Shown piece after piece: positions 29,371-42,100 of a stretch of DNA of 64,000 bases. The notes under the pieces were generated by a model. The model made no database searches and had not been told where the DNA came from. It saw only the letters and a program-made list of their open reading frames with translations. Position 1 is the first letter of the stretch, and each line of letters opens with the position of its first letter. The stretch is from NCBI RefSeq assembly GCF_000150275.1, contig NW_002060943.1, positions 798,246 through 862,245 of the forward strand, read 5' to 3'. The position numbers and the translations under genes are program-made. This DNA is from Trichoplax adhaerens. Lineage: Eukaryota > Animalia > Placozoa.

Positions 29371-30602
29371 CTGAAAGTGGTTCATTATCATTCTGTTTAT
29401 CAATGGTAGTGCTTTTGGCTTGCTTTATCATAATATTTATCAATATTTATCAAAGATTTGCGCTGTAAGGCGAATAAAATTAAAATTTATAAGTTATCAA
29501 TGAGTTTTTAGTTAGATGTAATAGCATTTAAATAGCTACTGGTATTTCAATCCTGTAAAAATTTTTACATAAATAATCTAATGTATTTACGCTTGATTTA
29601 TAACATTTTAAATAGACTAAATAAGCATATTCATATTTTCAAATAACAATAACTCCGTAGCCTTAGTAATGAAGATAACATAGCTACCAATTTCATCATG
29701 TTTATCTAACGCATTAAGGTGTAAAAATATTTTTATCACTACATTTAAACCATAATTATTCATTTATTCTTTTATAATCTGTGACGTTACTATGTCAATA
29801 CTTTTTCTGTTAGCAATTGCCGCCTTTAATCAACTCAATACAGTGTAGCTTACTTAAAATAAAGCCTAAATTGATATAAAGATTAATCTATTTTCGACGT
29901 CAAGAAGTTCATCCCGGAATTAAGAAACAATTTCATCAATTATGTGCAAATTACCTTGCGAAAATAATCATTTACATGTTTTAGTCTATAGTGACACAGT
30001 GATATAAAAACTAAATACTATTCAATACTTTCTATATTAATCTAAATCTATCCACATAAAAAAGCACACGTATAAATATAGGGAAGTCATCTTTATTTCC
30101 TGCACTACTGATTAAAAGATTCGTTATTTGAATTTATTATTATGCAATCATCCACGAAGACCTAATAGATTCAGTACCAAGTACAGGTAAGTATCCTAAA
30201 TATTAATATTCGATATCTTCACTTTATTTTACTCCTTTATTGGATCAAAAATGGACACCATACTAAAAATTCGCTGTACTGCACTCATACCAGCGTTCTA
30301 GATATAGTATAGCAATAGTAAGCTACTATGTTGAATGGCACCGTACCGTCTTATTAAAAGCAGTCCATATGTTCCTTCCATAGTTTGAATGTCCCACAGC
30401 GCCATATTGCTTTCATGAACAAATGCAACTACATGCATATAAAGTGTTGGGAAAGTAGATTGATTTCATGATTAAGTTATCGGACTTGATTATCTAAATT
30501 TTAACAAGCTCAATCGTGAACATTATATGCAGCTAACGGACTTTGCTGAAAAACATTTTGAAGCTGGGGAATTCACTTTTTGATAATGACCTAATTGAGT
30601 TG

Positions 30603-31019
30603 TGTAAAACAGTGTAATATTGTATTCGAAGTTGATGATATATTTAGTAATGTCTACCGTAGGTGTTGTGTTCAACATGTGATAGATATTCTCGTTAGAG
30701 GCTTAAGTATTAAATATAGCTAGCTTAGTAACTGTAATCCTTTTGAAGAGGAGCGCTACAGTGCTCACACTAGAGCTTCACATGAAAGGTGTAAACTATC
30801 CTGTATTTGAGATGCTAATATTGAAGTGTGTAGTAAGTAAAGGTGCTAAGACTGTAAACGCGGAAAAGTATATAAGCGAGTAGTTTAGTATAATAAGAGA
30901 GTTCTTTCTCGCTAGAGGTCCTCAGCTAATCGATTACGTAGTAACTTCGTAAACGAGGTTTTGTTCAATAAATCTTAATTTTCTAAAGTTTTGAAGATTC
31001 TTGATCTATCAACCTCACA
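30603..31019 (+). mobile_element. Probable older solo LTR, family C (distantly similar to family A)
   Basis: TGTAA...TCACA termini. TSD AGTTG/AGCTG (one mismatch). GAAAAGTATATAAGC at ~30863 and CAATAAA...TTTTCTAAA at ~30966 resemble the matching family A segments. Confidence 0.55.
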
Positions 31020-34000
31020 AGCTGATAGTTAATACTATACTCTCAATTAATTTAATTTAAATTAAATATAAAAACTTTTTTGGTTGATTAAAGCTAACCT
31101 TTTGGTTTCTACGCTCTGTACAAAACTGAAAGGCGACTGTAACCTGTGTATCTTTACTAGAAGTTTGCTCGACAAGTTTACTTTTGTATCATGTCACTTT
31201 ACATATTTATTTTCTTTTACCAAAAATTTTTTATCAAATTTTAACCAACATCAGGGACCATCTTAATTTAGTCAGTACATGCAATATTTTTCTAGCATTG
31301 ATAGTAAAGGAACTTATAAACGTCCCATATTATGCGATAGCTCCATAAAAATCAGAAACGCCTACCATCCGATGATTGATATTTGAGTAATATTCCATCA
31401 CTTCTGGTCTATTGCAAATTTCGTAAATAACAATATTAGCAAGAGCATCCCGCATAATGAGCAGAATGTTCTCTCTACTATGCATTGCTCCCGTCGTTAT
31501 AATTTATGAATTATTCATGATCTAAATAAAATGCACAATAAATACAGACTTATAATGCTTGTGTCCTATCCTTAACTTAATATTGATATTTACTGGCGAA
31601 AATACTTCTATCGTAATTGTCAACAATCGCGCTGATGCGTGACTATATTATTTGTTCAATGTCGGAGAATTTCAAATGGTAAAATCACCAGGTAACGATA
31701 TTGTCATTTTATTGATTATAATACAACACTTTTAAGTCGCTAATATAAAAAAACTTAATCCTAAATAATTTTGATGTCGATTCATTGTACGTAATACTAC
31801 ACAGATCAGACATAATTCGGTCATGTTGACATTGGAATACATTTCATCCTATCGTTTCTATCGAAAATATGTGGCGTATGAATGAGATTCAATGCTAATA
31901 CGACAACTATGGTACCTTTTATTTTACTTTTCCAGCTATTCTAGAAAAGAATTATTGTTGTAGCCTTGATTATTATCTGACATGAGATGAAATTCTAACT
32001 TACATAAGGAAAAAAGTGCTAAACGGCATAGTGTAGGTAGAATCATCTAACACGATCAATGATGAGCATTGTTAAGGATCCAGTAGAAGAACGACTTAAA
32101 GATCAGCATCCTTTCACTACCTGTGCATTGATTTCAGTGGCATTAGTTGCGATAATAAACTAATTGAGATTACTTATTTCAATGTTCTTAAGATATACAG
32201 ATTAAAACATCTAAGGCTTGAATGAGTGGGCATCCATATTAGCAGATGGATCTTTGCTATATACAAATAAAAATTAAGTATTCGATATTTACAGCAAATA
32301 GTTGCGTATAGAAGTTATAGAACTGTATCGATATTTAATTAAACACACACTATGATATACTGTACTTCTGTAGTAATATTCGTTTAGTGTGATTACTATG
32401 CAGACTTGACTAACAGAAGAGCAACATGTGTGCAAAGCACATGATTCTATTAGTTCAAAATCGATTGACGTAGGATCAGGCTACATAGTAAACGAGACTA
32501 TCCGCAAATCATTTCGTAAATAGTCACAAAATCATATCCAGTATTAGCTGTGTTCATTATTCAATATGTTCTAGTTCTTGGACTACTAAAAAATATTGTG
32601 GCACTTTTTAGCAATTCATGTCTCGATTAATGTCTATGTGCTATAATTTTATGTCAAGTAGAATAAGAGAAAGCTGCTGTGAAGTTTCAAAAGCTTGACG
32701 TGAATGAATTGCTTATGCACACATCGTGATATCCAAAATATTTTTAATTTTATGATAGCTTAAAAGAATTTTCAGCCAAAGGCATTTGGGCGTTAGCCCG
32801 TTTTACATATTTATGGCTTTCTGAGAATCTTAACAATAGCCTTATTTAACATTGAAAGTTTAAGGATTTCATGCTAGCAAGGCCTAAAAAGATGCAACAA
32901 TAATTTATATAATAATCAATTAAATATCATCTTCATGCTACAATAGGAAAGCTTAATTAATGTAGGACAAAATTTTTTAAGGTAGCAGTAGAGGAAAAGT
33001 ATTGAAGAAAACATCGAATCGATAGAATATAGCATCGGTGAAATAACTAAGGCGTTAACTCAGACCACAAGGCATTAAAATAAAGTCGATATTGATTTCC
33101 ATAGTAATATTTAATGATTTAAAATAGAAATCATCAAGGAAGGAATGATCAAGATTTAGATGGAATTTTAAAATGATTAAACACTAATCATTTCCCTTAA
33201 CTAAGTTTTTTTTAATTCGATATAACTGAAATCTTTCCATACTAATTAATTATCGCAAAAATCGACCATAAAGTTTTGATAAAGTTAACACACCCAAGCC
33301 TATCTGACGTAGAAAGTATGATAAATGATTATAAATGAAAGACTGAGCTTGTAAAAGAACAATTCATAAACAACTTCAATTAAAACAGTTGCGTTTAGCA
33401 CAGCGATTTTAAGAATATTCTATCCAGTTATGAAACGAATAAAATAAATAGGTCAAGTGTGCCAATCGACAGTACAAATACTACGTAATACTTATAATAG
33501 AATATTCTTACAGCCTGAACTTTCACCCGATACTTTTCATTCCTTCATTTTTTGAATAACTTAGATTGGCGATCTCTTCTACTCTTAAATACTTTTGTTC
33601 TAAGGACTATTTTATCTCTTCTATTCAACCTAATAGCAACCAAATGAATAGCTTGCTATTATTTAGTCAATAGTCATGCAGTTATGATTTCTATTTCAGT
33701 TGTCAGTATGTTTGTTAATAAGACAGATAGGAGATAATAACCAATCCAATCAAAATGTTCGAATTTTTCCAAAAAGTTATTTGTTTTATAGTTTACTCAT
33801 CTAGTGTCAGAAAAACTTGTTAATTTCGACAGTTTCTAACGTATTAACGACACCATGCCTGCCCAAACTATTCTCTATTCCACTGTTACACTGTCTCCAC
33901 TAATTTTTATTAACACAATATAGAAAGTAAATGATTCAGTAGAATATCAAAAAGTATTTAAGACAAATAATTAGAATAGCCTATCCAGTCAATAGATGAC

Positions 34001-36131
34001 ACTCGTATAATACTTCTTTCCTTAACAATGATATTTATCAATATACAAATCGACCTAATTCGACCTAAAATTCAAGCGAAAAATTTCTAAATGTCTTAAC
34101 AGCTATATACTCTATATGAATAAGAAACCATTGCAAATTGCAGTAGACGTCAGCGATCACTATAGCGGTTCTCTATGTTTACATCAATAATAAATAGTTA
34201 GATAATTACAATAGATTTCATCGATTACAATTGCTGCTGTATACGTGCCTATTATCGGAACATGGTTAAGTAATTGCGACGGATCTCAATGGTTACAATT
34301 GCGTTCAATTTATATGCCAAAACTAAGGTAGAAGACAATATAAGCCTTATTAAGGCGTCAAAGATCAAAAGTAAGACTTTACTTTATTCTATGCATGTGT
34401 CTAAATTATGATCTAGTTTTTGGACAGCCTAGCTATAACAACGTCTATGCAACCTTCGATTCGGCTATAATTTACAATAATCGTACATGAATTTTTCATC
34501 TTAAGCACTTTGAGGGTTCTCCTGGATAATAACATAAACAAAATGATCGATGATTAAAATTGAGCTCAAACGATGTCCACTAGGTGCCATATCCAAGTGT
34601 ATACCACCATCACTAACTCCTTTTTATGGAACCTATAGCCATTTTCCAATAAAGACATGTCGTTGTCGCAAGCTACTTCATAAAATCTACCTCTTCAATT
34701 GTCATTATCGCAATATGATTTGTTTGCCTGAACAATATGTCAAACTGTTTTAGCTGCTACTATTAAAACAATAACTTCAACAATGATCAATTGCCGAACA
34801 GCATGTAGTAGCAATATCGTTCAAAATGATAAAGGAACCACATTAACAGCTACTTGATGCAAATTTTGTTTATCCCTTATAAGAAAAATTTATTATGCCA
34901 TCTTGAATGTCAAATCAATTTTTTAATTTTTCAGACAGTTTATTGTATTGAGTTTTAGGATGGAATAATACACTAAAGCCACCTAGTTTATACTTTAGTT
35001 TAGTCTTGTACAATAGAAATGGATGATGATAATAATATTATTATTTCTATATTAATGCCAGAATACGAAATGAAATGGCGAGGATAAAAAATCTACTAGA
35101 GAGGAGGAAGCCCACGAAGTGATAATAACATTTAATGATATGAGGAATGAATTCTAAATCAAACGATTTAAATGTTTAGTTCGATAAGCGGAAATGGTAG
35201 AAATTAATTCAAGTTTGAATTATTAACGATGAAAAATACAAATGATATAATTATAGTGGAATCGGCTTCAATCAAAAGACTCGTAGACAACCCTAGTTTA
35301 AAGGCCAAACAATGCAATTTATAACCTTCCTCAGCAAGATATCGACATTTCCTCTCTCTTTTATAACCTAAGGTCGAAAATTGGGCTAGTTTTCTTGCTA
35401 GTAATTATACCTACTTTATTTCCAAAATTGAATACGACTCCTTAATATAGCTCAAAGTAACGAATCGAACTATTTACCATAGCATAATTTATCCCAAAAC
35501 CAAAGACTTCGCATTAATTGACTAGCAATTGAACATTTGGAAATAATAAAATCTCAACCTCATTTTTCTACCATTTGCTCATTTTGAATCGATTAGTTCA
35601 TCGCCAACTTAAATGATAGCTCATGCTAGATGATGATGATCATCGTATTGAAATAGTATTTCCCTACAATTAATCATCTTGATGATATTAGCAATTGCTC
35701 ACTGATAGCTTTAACCCTTTTAACCTAACGCTATTGCCCAAGGGGTAGAGCAAAACTATAAAGTGTATCTGAGTAATTATGTCAATATGCAATATACGTA
35801 CACTATATACTGTCATTGGTTCAAATATTATCGAAATTCAGTCAAAACCAGTAGCATTTCCTTTCGTCTTTATAATAAACCTGAACAATAGTAAATGTAG
35901 CAGGGCCTTCAATGTATTACCGATATGATATTGTTGGCTCTTGAATAGCAAATCACCAGGAACTGTCATTTATTGCCATCTACTGTAAATACAAAAAACA
36001 TTCAAGTAGCCTAAAATAGCTCGACGTGTCTTTTTCATTCTCCTCCATTAGTCTAAATATCAATCACAACATCATTTGACTGGACTCATATTGTCTATTC
36101 CATTTTAGGCTATCAGCAATTAGAAAGGATA

Positions 36132-39100
36132 ATGAAGTTTAGTTCTATCTCCATCAGCTTGCTCGTAATTACTTTAACGATAAGGCATGTAGCTCCTGTA
36201 ATTCTTCCATCAGGTAAGTAGAATAGTGTATAAATACCAGTTGATAAATTTTATTTGAAAGATTTTCTCCTTATGCTAGTATATTACCGTAGAGTAGAAT
36301 AAAATTGATCGACTATTAGTGGCATTAGAAAGCTTTGCGCTGTATTATTTGTTAGTCAGTCTAATATCTATCGCGCTAGAATTGTAATAAATTCATACTA
36401 AGTAGTTAAATGATCGTCGCGTCCTTCAATATTTTCACTGAGCCTTAAGTTATCTATGTTAGTGAAGGTTGTATGTTACAGATCGTTTTGATCCACTATA
36501 AATTCTGTCAGTAATGGTCTTCATTCTCCTAATTAGTCTTCTGTTACTGTTACCACGTATGTAGATTGCACAAATTCAATAACGCCATTCCTTTCACAGT
36601 ATTCATTATGAACCATTGCTGGGCACGATTGTTGATAATCATGTTGCTAATTAAAGTGAACTGAATCCTTTCTGATTAATCCATAGAAGAAGATCCTAAT
36701 ATTGGAAATGTCAGAAATAAGACACCCAGTATTGGAGAAGCTAGCGCCACGATAACCGGTACAACGATGAATATTGCTATCCCATTTAGGGGTGACTACT
36801 CTGAAAAGATGGTAGCATCCCGTGTAAAACAAAATTTCAAATGGTACCGGTACACACAGAACTGTCAAATTGAGATTGAAGACATTCCTGTGCAAAGTTC
36901 TTTCAAGTACAATAATTCACAAGGCTATCTCTTTTACAACATCCAACTTACGAATATCGATACCTGCTTAAAGCTTGATATAAACTTAGCTGCAGACAGT
37001 AAACAAGTTAAGAATGGACTTTTTCGAAGCTTTGCATGGGGTATACCTGAAATAGGTGTGTAAAATTTAGACTAATCACCCGTACGAATATATTTGTACT
37101 TGTTGGCTTATTATAATCAGGACCGCCGGTTTGCTTATACAGTTTATCAGTGATACTAAGGAATAAATGAAAGTCAAAGTAATGTCAGTAATGCTTAGCA
37201 TCACGTAAAATGATGAAATTCGCCATTATGAAAGTCCACTTCTACTAGACACTATATTCAACAGTCAACTGCATTCACTTTAGAATCTAATAATATTCTA
37301 TGATAATATCAGCATCAGTAGCACTTCGTCTAAAGATTAATTGAAGAGATCTATATTGCACTATTATACATACCGTAAGACTTACGGTAGTTTTGTTACA
37401 AAAGTAAACTGATCGTCGTTTATATTTAATAACAAGAATCATATCCACTTATTTACTGACATAAAATTCGATTTTATCATAGCGTTCTTCTCTGTTTAAT
37501 TTAACAAATTAGCGAAACCTGTTACTCCTACATATGTCCACTATGAAACGGATAGCGAAAGAAATTTGGCAGCATTTTATTATAAATCTTTGCCATCAAA
37601 TAGTTTGATGATTGTTCCTAATTATTCTCTAAAAATTACAAGAATTAACCTGATTTCTCTATCTATACAAGAGGTAAGCTTGATACCATTATAGTAAGAT
37701 TTCTAATCAAGCTCAGGCTGTAACCGCTAGATTGCAGAAATATGCTTATCCAATTAAGGGTTACATAGCATTCCCGCTTTAGATTGCACTACCTTGTATC
37801 CATTATGCAATGACGATAAATCTTCTCTTCATTAAAATTTACTTCATTCTACAAAATACAATTATACATACAGTTTCATGTATAGTCTCTGTATATCGTT
37901 AAGCTGTTAACTAACTCCTTTTATCCTGTACCGATGACGTAATTATGTAACTAATCCTTTATACAAAAGCGTTGTCCATCATTATGATTTCAATCTATTG
38001 GTTCCAGTGTCCAAACTGACGCCTTATTATGATCGGCAATCACTTTTAAAACGTTCATATAATTTCTATTTTCTCACTGGGGACTCATGTTTTATGCATT
38101 ACAGTTGTTAAAGGTGTAATGGCAAAACGTTCATCATTCCCAATCAGACTACCAGCCTATGGATGTTGATATATCAACATTCTAATTTGTTATCCCTTTT
38201 TCTCAAGCCTGGCTGGACTAGGCTAGACCGTCTGTGGACATTATTCATATTTCAAATTAAATGCGTGCAAGAATAAACCGGTTGAAGAGGTTTAAATTAA
38301 TTATGATCACGTTTTGCCCAAATTGTTTTTCGATCGTTATCTTTCATAATCAGACACTGTACTTGCACAGTAATCAAAAACTATTGTCTATAACAAAGAT
38401 AACAATCGATATAACAATAGAAAAGCTTATTTTTCCCTTATTGTTTCACCATCATTTCCGCGGGAAATGTGGGCCATGACAATAACGGGTGAGCCTCTTA
38501 TCATTTTTGGAGCTTTTTAGGCCATGGATTAATTTCTAGACTAGCTTCAAAAGCCATGAAATTTAAACTAGAAAATTTTTAAACTGATATTTTCAACACT
38601 CGAGAGAATGGTATCACGTTTCATTTGGGATGGAAATACGATATTTTTAATCAAGGATTGTTATTCAACTTCTTCATGCCACAAATCAAAATCAATCATG
38701 ACATACAAAAATTAATCATCCTTTTTTTTCGATCGTAACCGTGTCATAAGTAGCCTAAAGTTACTTTCATTTAATCGCTAACCTTAAAATTGTAAATCAC
38801 ACTTCTACTGCACATGTTATCAGTAAGATTGTTTAGTTTAATTTTTCCTTTAAATGTTTTTACTTACACCTACAATGAAGCGATCATGCATTATTCAAAC
38901 CAACGCCCAGATATTCACGATGTATAAACCATCGTACCTAACCCAAGTTGTCATCGTATCGCTTGATATATCATTCACAAATGGGCATAGTATCCTGCGA
39001 AATGGGTTTTCAAAGCCAATTCTCTCTATGTACATGATTTACTACCAAAGTTGATCAACAGGACATAAAAGCTGCGTTTTAGTTGCAGCGATTTTGTCGA

Positions 39101-42100
39101 TGAATCTTGCTAATGTTGGACTCCTTTGATCGATAGAAGTACAGCACGGTACTGTATAGTGCTCTTTTATTCTATATGCAGAACTATAATTATAATATAA
39201 GCACCTGATTGATATTTACTTTTCAACTTAATCTCCCTTTGCTATACAAATTCATCGCATGCCATGCTTTGCAAAACAATTTCCATAACTCTGTAAAACG
39301 AAATATATAAATATAGAAAATGTTGATGAACGGGTATATGATTGTAAACCATTATACTACCAGTCTTTAAAAAAAACGCTAATTAAACAGGCTAAGTCAT
39401 AACTTATTGCTATTCTATACGAATATGGTGAAGCTACGGAATTTATTAATTCATAAATAATTACCCACTACCTAATACATATATAATGCAAGCAGAGGCA
39501 ACCGCATTACTTTAACAACCCCAATCGACAATCTTTTTAGTTTGCAACCATTATCTTCTGATTGCTACAGTAACAGAAAATATGACTTGTCATATGGGAA
39601 TATAAATGAAATACTTATGACTAAATCGAATAACAAGTAGTTTAGTTACGCATTCGCACACTTGTTTTAACATAACAGATGAACTGGAATCAGTTAAAAA
39701 GGATTGATTGTAGGCGTATGCTGGCACTATTATTGAAGCTACTCTTGCAGGTTAACACATAGACAAAATTAATTAAATAATGAACGAATTAAACTAACCT
39801 CTAGCTGAAAATGAGGCAGATAATTAATTTATAATAATGCATGTATCAGCCGCTTTAGTTACTCAAAAGATTAAGTTCTCAATTTTTCAATTCATCTGCT
39901 TTCCGTTTATACAATAAGCAATTACGGTCTGCAATCATATAACCTTATGTTCAAGTTGTATTATTACTATAAGTGTAATAAAAGAAGCTTTCAATAAAAT
40001 TACATACTGTCAACAATTATCTAGTGCCGATATACAGCATAACCACCATTTATTTTCTGTGCGATCTCATTAAGGACCCGATAAAATTCAATAAGAAGAG
40101 TCGCTTTGCAATACGATCTTCACCTACCGAAGTCGCATGTATATTTTCGCCGCAAAAACTAAGTATAACCCAAGTGATGACGAACAAGATATATGATTTT
40201 TTATGGAATAACCCAAAATATAGCAAGTTATCTTCTCCGGTTTACTGGGATTCCACAGGAGGTATGAATTTTATAATTGTGAATGATTAAGCTTTAGAAA
40301 CTGCATTCTAAATATAGAAGATATGCTTTTATCTTATTAAAAATAATAGCCTACATTACTTTTTGTTATACAATGCGAAATGTAGCCAAAGTTGATTACT
40401 GAATCTATTGCAATAGTTCTATTCAAGTAAAACAATAGATACCATACTGTACATAACAGAATGCAATCAATAAATAGCCATTAATTCGTTTCCTATTTAA
40501 AATTATAATTCAAGCGAATAAAAATATACGTTACGGTACCAGATTTAATCATATCGAGCAGGCTGCAGAGAAAACGCCTTTAAACCTTAATAGTATACCT
40601 CAATATGATACTGTTACGGTTTAAGATATTATGTGATAATGTTATTGAAGAAGAAATAGACGGTTACGATTAGATAATCATAAATATTATGATCTGTTAA
40701 TATTGTGAGATTCAATCGTTAATGGACTTCCATTAACGAATGTGTAGAAGTAAGGTACTTAATATGCCAATGACGTGTAATAACCAAAATGGCGGTTGTC
40801 ACACTTGTAGGGAATCCGTTAGATCTTAAATTGTTAATTGGCGCTATAATATTATTAGCGCATAATAATATCAATTATCATATATTTGTTCGATAGTAAT
40901 TAATAGGATTACAAAGTTATAGAAAAGACTAAGTTATACATAAGAATAATTAACAGGTGGAAAAGGTGTAGATTTGATACAAGTATATAAGAGGTTGTAA
41001 TTTACCTCGCTAGGCAGGAGGAAAATACGGAGACCTAATAAAGTTAGTTTAGTAAATTTATCCAGACGCTTCTAGTCCGCCTTTACTGTTGACTGAGGTC
41101 CTTCGCTGAAGTGGAGCGAGTAGTGACGCCTGGTGGCAGTTTTACGGTAGGACAGAGGAGAGTAGGATAAGTGTGGAACGGGAATCCGATTGTTGCAAAC
41201 GACGTTGTGACAGATACTAATAATTTTTTAGAAAATAAAATTGATTGTTTACGAGCTAAAATTAATATTTCAGAAAATTGATAGGCTTTGAAAATTCTTC
41301 TCATTATTTTTAAATGCTAATGCTACCTTGTTACATTTCCATAGAGGAAACTAAAGTATACTTTCTCTTCAATTATTTTCACACTAAGCCTGTAGAGTAG
41401 TATCCCACATCTTCTGCGATAAGTATGCTGGTGACTATCCCTGTAAAATCGTAAAGGTAAGCTTTTAAATAATTGCTTAGTTAGTATCTATATGTTATTT
41501 CATTGATCATTTTCAAATATTACAGTATAGTATCGCCACATGCGATTTTACAGGGGTTTCTTATAAGATTATAATGTTGTAATGTAACTAGTATTGTGAT
41601 TGTAGACTGTTAGCCATGTTTAGTATAATATACGGTAGATATTTATCCTAAGAAATATTTGGTAGCTATAACTATAGACTGTAGTAGTAGAGACTCTATG
41701 CTAGAATACAGATGACTATATACAGTAAGGTGTTGAGTTACTAATAAGGCTATAGGTAAAAATAGAACTGTAAATCATATATTACGATATGGTTAATTCA
41801 TTGTACTTTGGCTGGTGTGAATAATGTCTACGTAAGTACTGTAGTCGTATCCATATTGGATTAATGTTGGTCCGCAGTAGAATAGTCTTACTAAGAATAA
41901 TTTAACTATGTGTAAAATAAGGTAAAAGGTTGCCATGCGGATTGTAGCTGCGAATGCTACGAAAAGTATAAAAGCATGCAACTTTAGATTATTCTGTTAG
42001 TTCGTTCTAGAAGTCTTTAGTAGTAGTATTCGGCTAGAGTAGAGCTGTGTGTAGTTAATCTTTGTATAAGATTCAATAAAGCCCTTATTTTTCTAAAATT

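Noticed and set aside
30100-30192. Strong donor CAG|GTAAGT at 30186 as a 5' UTR exon of gene C
   Set aside because: Plausible, but it cannot be supported without transcripts.
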